A stretch of DNA of 64,000 nucleotides, taken from the NCBI GenBank assembly GCA_018992685.1, contig JACVGT010000018.1, positions 286,578-350,577 on the forward strand, in the 5' to 3' direction. The DNA is from Theionarchaea archaeon (lineage in GTDB: Archaea > Methanobacteriota_B > Thermococci > Methanofastidiosales > SZ-28-30). Positions 57,329 through 64,000 of the stretch are shown piece by piece. The translations under genes and the position numbers were made by a program. Position 1 is the stretch's first letter. Each line of letters opens with the position of its first letter. The notes under the pieces were generated by a model that searched no databases, was not told the DNA's origin, and saw only the letters and a program-made list of their open reading frames with translations.

Positions 57329-58411
57329 TTGAATGATGTATACGAAGCATTGAGGGTCAAGATGAACATGTGGCCCATACGGACTCCAAAGACTGACGAA
57401 ATCATGGAGATTCTTCGAATATTATATACTGAAAAGGAGGCAGGCTTCTTGGCTGAGACATTTTCTGCCCCCTATCAGGATGCAAAGACCTGCCAGGAAA
57501 TTTCCATTGAGGCCAAAATGCCCCCGGATGATATCCTAGAAATCCTCGACAACCTGGCAGACAGAGGGTTGGTGTTTCGGTTCCCTCACTGGAAGACAAA
57601 AGAGGTGTATTATGCTCTTCTACCTCTGGTCCCAGGACTTTTCGAGTTCTATTTTTCGGGGCTTGCCAATGAAGAGCAGAAGGAGAAACTGGCCCACCTA
57701 TTTGAGAAGGCTTACAAGAGCGGGCTGGCCATGGAAGCTGGACCAAGTGACTACCCCTGGGAACGAGTAATTCCTATCGAGAAAACATTACAGGTATCCC
57801 AAGAAATTCTGCCGTTTGAAAGAGTCACTGAATTCATAAAAACCTCACACAAGATAGCTGTAATTCCCTGTGCATGCCGAACAAAGCACCCCTGTGGGCA
57901 TCCTCTTGAAGCGTGTATCGTTTTTGATAGCTCAGCAGACTTCATGGTGGGAAGGGGTATAGGTAGCTACCTGAGTGTCGAAGAGGCCTTGACGCTCCTG
58001 GAAGACATGGAAAAAGCGGGACTAGTACATACGACTACCAATTCTCAGAGGAGACCTCAGTTCATCTGCAATTGCTGCACATGTTCGTGCTTGATTCTGC
58101 GTGGGCTGACTGAAATGCACAACCCGAGAGCCTTCGCTGTGTCGAACTTTGTTGCTGAGAGAGATGATGACACCTGTACCTTGTGCAGAACATGCATAGA
58201 GATCTGTCCCTTTGACTGCTACTTCTATCACTATGACCACGGTGATGAACCTGAAAAAATCGGATTCAATCCTGAACGATGTGTGGGGTGTGGGTTGTGC
58301 AGCTCTCACTGCCCCGCAGGAGCCATCACCCTAGTGAAAGTGAGAAGTGAAACACCTGAAGAAACAGCCAGAGATGCCTGGCTGAGAGTCGAAAGCGAGA
58401 GGGTTCACTGA
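57329..58411 (+). CDS. 4Fe-4S dicluster protein with N-terminal wHTH-like region
   Basis: CACR...C...C, ICNCCTCSC and two ferredoxin motifs; RBS GGTGA before TTG. Confidence 0.85.
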   Translation: MNDVYEALRVKMNMWPIRTPKTDEIMEILRILYTEKEAGFLAETFSAPYQDAKTCQEISIEAKMPPDDILEILDNLADRGLVFRFPHWKTKEVYYALLPLVPGLFEFYFSGLANEEQKEKLAHLFEKAYKSGLAMEAGPSDYPWERVIPIEKTLQVSQEILPFERVTEFIKTSHKIAVIPCACRTKHPCGHPLEACIVFDSSADFMVGRGIGSYLSVEEALTLLEDMEKAGLVHTTTNSQRRPQFICNCCTCSCLILRGLTEMHNPRAFAVSNFVAERDDDTCTLCRTCIEICPFDCYFYHYDHGDEPEKIGFNPERCVGCGLCSSHCPAGAITLVKVRSETPEETARDAWLRVESERVH

Positions 58412-58546
58412 AGAGAGACACCGAGTGCTCGGTGGAGTAGCTCAAGTACCTACGGGAAGACCAGCTCAAAAATAAGAGTGTCTCAGATATAATACAGAAT
58501 TCATTCACGAACCCATCCACAAGCACTGGAAGTAGGCAGGCTCACT

Positions 58547-59005
58547 TTACCACTCTTCGATTCTTTCAAGAATGACGCTGTGCAGCTGATCTCTATTCTC
58601 ACGGGTGACCTCAAGAATCTCTGCACAGCCCCATGAAGAAAATGCATCCACCAACTCCTTCCTTACAATGATGATGGCAGGTTCTTTAATGTAGTTGAAA
58701 ATATCATGCATTCGTTCCATTTCCAGGTACCCGATTTCATCATATACCAGAATGCTGCCACCCCTTTCAAGGCTATCAATTACGAACTGCAAGGACTCCA
58801 CATTGAAGAAGAAGCCTCTGAACTTCAGACCTGGTCCTTGTTCTGAGCAGAGTATCCTCTTTTCTCCCGTCTTCACATCTTCAACATAGTACCCGGTTTC
58901 AAACCGATCACTTATCACACCATAAAAATCCTTGTTCGATTCTTCCACAACCGTTCTCAGTATAGTCGTCTTCCCAATCCCTCTCTCTCCTGTGATCACG
59001 ATCAT
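58547..59005 (-). CDS. Nucleoside-triphosphatase (THEP1/NTPase_1-like)
   Basis: MIVITGERGIGKTT and LVYDEIGYLE; ATGA overlap with ecfT places the start at 59005. Confidence 0.85.
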   Translation of the reverse strand: MIVITGERGIGKTTILRTVVEESNKDFYGVISDRFETGYYVEDVKTGEKRILCSEQGPGLKFRGFFFNVESLQFVIDSLERGGSILVYDEIGYLEMERMHDIFNYIKEPAIIIVRKELVDAFSSWGCAEILEVTRENRDQLHSVILERIEEW

Positions 59006-59673
59006 GAGCTCCACCACCCTGTTCCCACCACTGCACCAGCCAAGAAAAGAATCCAGACATAATCTTGCCACGTGAACACAGATTCTTTCCTGAATGTCCT
59101 CTTCCTGTGTACACCAAAACACCTCCCCTCCATAGACAGAGTCAAAGCATCTGCTCGCTCCAGAGCCGAATATATCCACGGAAAAAAGGTGTACTTCACA
59201 CTGTTGAGAAGAGAGGGCACCCCTTCCAGGTCAATCCCCCGTGCCATCTGTGCCTTCTTTATCGTCATGGATTCAGTACTGAAAAGTGGAATTAGCCTGA
59301 AGGTCAACACCATGGTCATGCCGTACCGATAGGGCAGTCCACAATTCATCAGAGCATGGGCAAACTCATTGGGATCCTCCCAGGAAAACAACATCCCCGA
59401 AAACACAATGCCTAGGAATCGTAGTACAATGCGCAAGGCATATTCCACCTTGTAGGAAAGGTCTCCTTCTATAAAGAACGCATTGATGCCGAAAATAATC
59501 ACTGCAAACATGATAACGAAGCGACTCACCCGAAATCGAGTAACGTACAGCACAAACGGGATGACGAAAAGCCCTGCCAGAACCACCAGATCATCAATTA
59601 AGAAGAGAACGACACAGTACACCACCACGGTAAGAAACTTGGTGAGAGAATTCAATCTACAGTGTAATCTCAT
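59002..59673 (-). CDS. ecfT: ECF transporter transmembrane T component
   Basis: LNSLTK, FRLIP, AQMARG and SMEGRCF motifs. Confidence 0.9.
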   Translation of the reverse strand: MRLHCRLNSLTKFLTVVVYCVVLFLIDDLVVLAGLFVIPFVLYVTRFRVSRFVIMFAVIIFGINAFFIEGDLSYKVEYALRIVLRFLGIVFSGMLFSWEDPNEFAHALMNCGLPYRYGMTMVLTFRLIPLFSTESMTIKKAQMARGIDLEGVPSLLNSVKYTFFPWIYSALERADALTLSMEGRCFGVHRKRTFRKESVFTWQDYVWILFLAGAVVGTGWWSS

Positions 59674-60982
59674 GCAGGTTCCCTCCTCTCAGTTCAAATA
59701 CCCGAGTGCAAAATGCCTTGGCAATCCATGGATCATGGAGTACGATAACACATGTCTTTCCCCTCAGTAAATCCATGATCTTCTGGACATTCTCATAGTC
59801 CTGACCAATGAAGGGCTCATCCAGTAAAATCACTGAAGGTCCATAGGAGAGAACTGACACAATGTTGAGCCTTCTCTTCTCACCGTAGCTCAACCGGAAG
59901 GGGTTCCTGTCCTGGTAGTCTTGCAATCCCGCATCAACAAGAAGGGGGGTAATGTCACAATCCACAGAGAAATTGGTTGCTGCAAAGCACGCCTCCTTAT
60001 GCACAGTGTTCTCAAATATCTGGTGGTTGGGATTCTGGAACACCATTCCAACGTCCCTGGCAATTTCTGCCGTTTTCTTACCTTTTATACTCTTCTTGTT
60101 CACGAGGATATCCCCTTCATAGTCCAGAAAATTCATGAGGCACATCAAGAGGGTGGTTTTTCCTGACCCGTTTGCACCCATAATGCCTACCACCTCGTTT
60201 TCACGCACTACCAAGTTGACACTCCTGAGAATCGGGCTGTCATACGAGAAAGTCACATTCCGGAGCTCCAGAACGGGCTCTCCTACTCCTCTTGGATATC
60301 CTGAATATATGACATTCATGGGGGTTTCAATTCGGGTGAGAGATCCATTCTTCATTTCGTAGAGACAGTCTGCATATTTGTAGATGTGTTTCCACTTATG
60401 TTCAATGACGATTGCTGAAATATTCGTCTTTCCCTTGATTTTGGTTATGACTCGCATGATTTCCTTGGTGGTCTCTACGTCCAGATTAGAGGTGGGTTCA
60501 TCAAAGATGATGACTTCTGGCTTCATGGCCAGGATGGAAGCAATAGCCACCTTTTGCTTCTCGCCTCCCGACAAAGAGTTAGTCTCCTTTGTTTTCAGGT
60601 GATTTCCTCCCACAATGCTCAGTGCCCAGTCTGTTCTCTGCTCAATTTCTCCAGGTGAGAAACAGAGATTTTCCAGCCCAAAAGCTATTTCATCCTCAAC
60701 ACTCAGGGTACAGATCTGCGCTTCCGGGTCCTGCTGCACGATTCCGATGCTCTGGGCTAGTTCAAAGAGATCCACCTGGTCAATGTTCCTTCCGGAGTAC
60801 AGAATTTCACCCGTGTGGACACCAACATCTCTCAGGAACCCTGCAATGCTCAGAGCTAGTGTGGACTTGCCGCTTCCACTCTTGCCTGTGACAACGATAA
60901 GCTCTCTGTCCACAGTCAGATTGATGTTCTCCAGGATCCACCTGTCAGTGTACCTGAACCTGTAATTCCTCATTTCTATCAT
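59657..60982 (-). CDS. ECF transporter fused double ATPase (A-A')
   Basis: GKSGSGKST, QDPEAQ, LSGGEKQ, second GANGSGKTT, QNPNHQ, LSYGEKR. Confidence 0.93.
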   Translation of the reverse strand: MIEMRNYRFRYTDRWILENINLTVDRELIVVTGKSGSGKSTLALSIAGFLRDVGVHTGEILYSGRNIDQVDLFELAQSIGIVQQDPEAQICTLSVEDEIAFGLENLCFSPGEIEQRTDWALSIVGGNHLKTKETNSLSGGEKQKVAIASILAMKPEVIIFDEPTSNLDVETTKEIMRVITKIKGKTNISAIVIEHKWKHIYKYADCLYEMKNGSLTRIETPMNVIYSGYPRGVGEPVLELRNVTFSYDSPILRSVNLVVRENEVVGIMGANGSGKTTLLMCLMNFLDYEGDILVNKKSIKGKKTAEIARDVGMVFQNPNHQIFENTVHKEACFAATNFSVDCDITPLLVDAGLQDYQDRNPFRLSYGEKRRLNIVSVLSYGPSVILLDEPFIGQDYENVQKIMDLLRGKTCVIVLHDPWIAKAFCTRVFELRGGNLHEITL

Positions 60983-61932
60983 AGTATCTCTATTCTCACA
61001 ATATCCTGCACCCAGTAGCTCCCTTCATACCCTTTTGCTATCAAGCGTCTCTCTCTGGTGATGATGAGTTCTCCAATTCTGTCCAGTGAAAAATCTACGG
61101 TATATCCATCTTCTGCAATAATCCTCACTGTCGTTCCTTGGGGACGTGCCTTTTCCACAATAAGAGACACTGGGATACCTGTATACTGGGTTTCTGGTTC
61201 ATACTTATACTGCCCAACCATTTCTGCTTCCACTGTGGTCTCATACAGGGAAAAATCTTCGTACATGAAGGAGTATGCCTGTTCAACGTCACCTGTCACC
61301 TCAATCTTCCCGGAAGTCTTATAGACGAACGTATAGTAGTACACACCACCCACCATGAAGGCTGCGCATACCACAAGTGTCAGAGCTTTTCTCATGCTGT
61401 ATTCCTGTTCTCTCCCTTCCACGACATTCAGCACATTATAGGCAAAAACGCCTGCAAATGCCACCCCTGACACAAATGAAATGAGAGCAACCAGTGTGAA
61501 GAAATGAATGGCATTGTATGGAGCAAAGAACAACTGGAAGATGAATACATTGGCTGCAGTTGCTATTCCTCCCGCAACAGCAAGGGTATACACATTTCTC
61601 TTCCTCAGGACAAGGAACAGCAAATCAGCAAGAACTCCCTGAATGCCACTGAGCAAGATGACGAAAATGCCCAGTTTGCCGCCAGTAAACAACTCCACAA
61701 CCCCTTTGAGAACCCCAACCATGGTGCAGGTTCCTTCTTTTTTCACCAGTCCAAAAGCCAGGACAATCCAGAAGATGTGAAGCCCTGCCAGGAATTGTCC
61801 TGCCCCGAATGGCACACCCAGAAATCGGTTAACCAGATTGCCCAAGTATCCAATATAGGTGGAACTCACCCCTCCCAGAGCTGATATGATGGCTATTTTC
61901 ACCAGGTCTTTCGTCTGGAAATAGTATTTCAT
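60979..61932 (-). CDS. ECF S-component fused to a molybdopterin-oxidoreductase-like (Oxidored_molyb fold) domain
   Basis: FQTKDLVKIAII S-component start with about 6 TM, then IEVTGDV...YTGIPVS...IIAEDGY...WVQDIVRIEI. Confidence 0.8.
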   Translation of the reverse strand: MKYYFQTKDLVKIAIISALGGVSSTYIGYLGNLVNRFLGVPFGAGQFLAGLHIFWIVLAFGLVKKEGTCTMVGVLKGVVELFTGGKLGIFVILLSGIQGVLADLLFLVLRKRNVYTLAVAGGIATAANVFIFQLFFAPYNAIHFFTLVALISFVSGVAFAGVFAYNVLNVVEGREQEYSMRKALTLVVCAAFMVGGVYYYTFVYKTSGKIEVTGDVEQAYSFMYEDFSLYETTVEAEMVGQYKYEPETQYTGIPVSLIVEKARPQGTTVRIIAEDGYTVDFSLDRIGELIITRERRLIAKGYEGSYWVQDIVRIEIL

Positions 61933-62702
61933 AGCGGAATCACCTCATACGTAATCTCATTCCCAACCCTTACGATAATAAAATGATGAACCCCCTGTCT
62001 AGTCAGTGGTGATCCAGCTCCCCCAGATATGAGAACCCTGGTTTCATTAACATTCTCTTCATACAGGTGGTGTATGTGGGAGCAGAAGACATAGTCCACA
62101 TGGTATTTCTGTACAATCTCAAGGAATTCCTCCGGTTGGATCATACAGTACGTCCCTTGAGGATCCAAGGGCGGCACATGCATGAACACAAATGTATGTT
62201 CAAACCCTTTCCTGAGTTGGTTCTCCAGGAATTCAAGCTGTGATTCATTGAGAACTTTTTTCGAGTTGTCCAGGATCACAAAGAGAGAATTCTGATACGT
62301 GACAGCATAGACCCTCTCTCCGAGGTACGATGTGTAGTACGAGGAGTCATCATGATTCCCGCACACATACAGGATGGGTGATCTCAGCACTGATACTGTC
62401 TCCAAAAACGCATCAAAATCCTGCGGTGTTCCCTCCACCACAAAATCGCCTCCCCCTACCACAAAGAGAGGGTCCAGTTCATTTATCTTTGCGAGCAGTG
62501 TGATGAAAACCTCTGGTGATTGAGAACCTTCAGCAGGTCTGGTATCACCGAAGTAGACAAATGTATAAGGATATGTATTGCCAAACAGGCCTTCTCCCTC
62601 ATAGACAGGATACGGGTTCTGTGTTCTCTGAACGTGATCTCCCGCCACCATGATCAGTACTGCTGCACCTGCCGCAATCACCATCATGTGCCATCTCTTC
62701 AT
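61929..62702 (-). CDS. Secreted or membrane-anchored metallophosphoesterase
   Basis: GDTR, GGDFV, GNHD, HVPP, SHIH; N-terminal signal. Confidence 0.92.
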   Translation of the reverse strand: MKRWHMMVIAAGAAVLIMVAGDHVQRTQNPYPVYEGEGLFGNTYPYTFVYFGDTRPAEGSQSPEVFITLLAKINELDPLFVVGGGDFVVEGTPQDFDAFLETVSVLRSPILYVCGNHDDSSYYTSYLGERVYAVTYQNSLFVILDNSKKVLNESQLEFLENQLRKGFEHTFVFMHVPPLDPQGTYCMIQPEEFLEIVQKYHVDYVFCSHIHHLYEENVNETRVLISGGAGSPLTRQGVHHFIIVRVGNEITYEVIPL

Positions 62703-62775
62703 CGATATGCTGATCTAAGCATGACGTTATAAATATAACGTCCGATATGTCCGGGTAATCATAACGTTTATAAAG
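62703..62775. promoter_or_regulatory. Divergent promoter with two ModE-like 24-bp boxes
   Basis: CGATATG-N10-CATGACG (62703-62726) and CGATATG-N10-CATAACG (62743-62766); palindrome GACGTTATA-AA-TATAACGTC (62723-62742); a TATA box on each strand abuts the boxes. Confidence 0.65.
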
Positions 62776-62804
62776 ACCTCGAACCATGAAATGCTGGTGA
62801 TCAT

Positions 62805-63596
62805 ATGAAAAGACTGGGAATAATGCTTGTCCTGTCGATCCTGGTACTGGGATGTGTTGGACAGGAAAGTGAGGTACCAGAACCTGAGTACACGGTGGAC
62901 GTGACAGGGCTGGCCCAAGGTACAATCACGCTTGCTGACTTGAAGGAGAACCCTTCAGAGTTTACAGCCGTCCTGGTGAAGTCTACTGGTACAGAGATCG
63001 AAAATACTTGGAAAGGAAGGCTTCTCACTGAGTTATTGGCATTGTACAACGTAAATCCAGCATATATTTCCTTTGTGGCTGAGGATGGATACATGATCAC
63101 ACTCCAGATGGAGGACCTGAACAATGCATACCTGTGCTACGAGATGGATGGAAAGGAGCTCACTCTGGAGGATGGTGGACCAGTACGACTGGTAATTTCT
63201 GACCAGCCAGGAAAGTTGTGGATGTCATACCTGAAAGAGATCAAGCTGATAGGAAAGGAGAATGCACTCATTATCCATGGAAAGACTAAAGTAGTCCTAG
63301 CTCTTACAAAAGAAGATTTTGAGCGCTTTGACAAGAAAACAGTGGAAGCCGAATTCAAAGGAGAGATAAAAACCTACAGTGGTATTTCTCTGACGATGTT
63401 GTTGAATCAGGCCCGATATGAAGATGATGCATCTACTATCAGATTTGTAGCGAGAGATGGCTACGTCGTTGAACTGGATTTCACTGAGGTATACAGCAAT
63501 GAAGATATTCTGGTGACAGAGGACTTCACCTTGGTCATGCCGGGATATCAATCAAAGTACTGGATGAAAGACCTAGCGGAGATAGAGGTACTATGA
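62805..63596 (+). CDS. Lipoprotein with two molybdopterin-oxidoreductase-like domains
   Basis: LVLGC lipobox; WKG..L..LL...FVAEDGY...GGPVRLV...WMSYLKEI and a second YSG...FVARDGY...WMKDLAEI repeat. Confidence 0.8.
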   Translation: MKRLGIMLVLSILVLGCVGQESEVPEPEYTVDVTGLAQGTITLADLKENPSEFTAVLVKSTGTEIENTWKGRLLTELLALYNVNPAYISFVAEDGYMITLQMEDLNNAYLCYEMDGKELTLEDGGPVRLVISDQPGKLWMSYLKEIKLIGKENALIIHGKTKVVLALTKEDFERFDKKTVEAEFKGEIKTYSGISLTMLLNQARYEDDASTIRFVARDGYVVELDFTEVYSNEDILVTEDFTLVMPGYQSKYWMKDLAEIEVL

Positions 63597-64000
63597 AGAG
63601 GATTTTCCTATTTCTTCTTATGATTCTGAGTCTTGGATGTATCCATCAAGTCTCCTGGACCTTTCACGTAATAGGTGATGAGGTAACTGAATATACACTG
63701 AAAGGGATTACTTCAATGGATGCCTCAATGATTGAGGAGACACTCATTGAGAAGGAAGTCAAGAAAGTTAGGTGGGAAGGCGTCCTAGCCAGGGAATTCG
63801 GGGAGGGTGATACCATTAACTTCATTTCTCAAGATGGGTATGTGGTCAGCATCCCCTACAGCGTAGATGTGATTCTGGCATACAGGAAAGAAGGGAATCC
63901 CATTGGCGAGGAAGACGGGGGTCCCTTGAAGATCATTGTCGACCCTACCTATGGGTGCAAATGCAACTGGCTCAAGTATCTGAGAATTGTAGAATTCGTG
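63593..64000 (+). CDS. Lipoprotein with molybdopterin-oxidoreductase-like domain; runs off the right window edge
   Basis: Manual translation MKRIFLFLLMILSLGC...RWEGV...FISQDGY...GGPLKIIV...GCKCNWLKYLRIVEF; ATGA overlap with the upstream gene. Confidence 0.8.
   Translation, partial: MKRIFLFLLMILSLGCIHQVSWTFHVIGDEVTEYTLKGITSMDASMIEETLIEKEVKKVRWEGVLAREFGEGDTINFISQDGYVVSIPYSVDVILAYRKEGNPIGEEDGGPLKIIVDPTYGCKCNWLKYLRIVEFV

Noticed and set aside
3129-63551. Numerous 60-220 aa ORFs antisense to or nested within the called genes
   Set aside because: Shadow ORFs with no motifs or translation signals.

Overview
Archaeal chromosomal window. Evidence: BRE/TATA promoters, many apparently leaderless genes, GGAGG/GGTGA ribosome-binding sites, oligo-T terminators, Clp1 kinase and a FrhG/FrhB-type protein. 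The gene style suggests a Theionarchaea-like euryarchaeote (inference only). Housekeeping and metabolic genes (tRNA-Thr, uvrC, valS, sppA, dehydrogenases, LeuA-family synthase) are interleaved with three candidate systems that the ORF track misses. (1) 20.2-28.7 kb: a RiPP-type cluster with two unannotated paralogous precursor peptides (MYTxAxIxEISxEIDQ-CMCCA...), three radical SAM/SPASM enzymes, a PqqD/RRE, a methyltransferase, a Lon-type Ser-Lys protease domain, an HExxH protein and an MFS exporter. (2) 31.8-43.2 kb: an AT-rich island with two mirror-image pairs of STAND-like ATPases around a wHTH regulator. The regulator is flanked by two small peptide genes sharing a (G)D-x-[LY]-P-D-P-[KR] motif. 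(3) 58.5-64 kb: a divergent ECF transporter / molybdopterin-binding-fold lipoprotein locus with two ModE-like operator boxes, suggesting Mo/W-cofactor uptake. Also present: candidate small RNAs, a small hydrophobic peptide gene, palindromic repeats beside the tRNA, and several frameshifted or decayed genes. All calls are by eye; no database searches were run.
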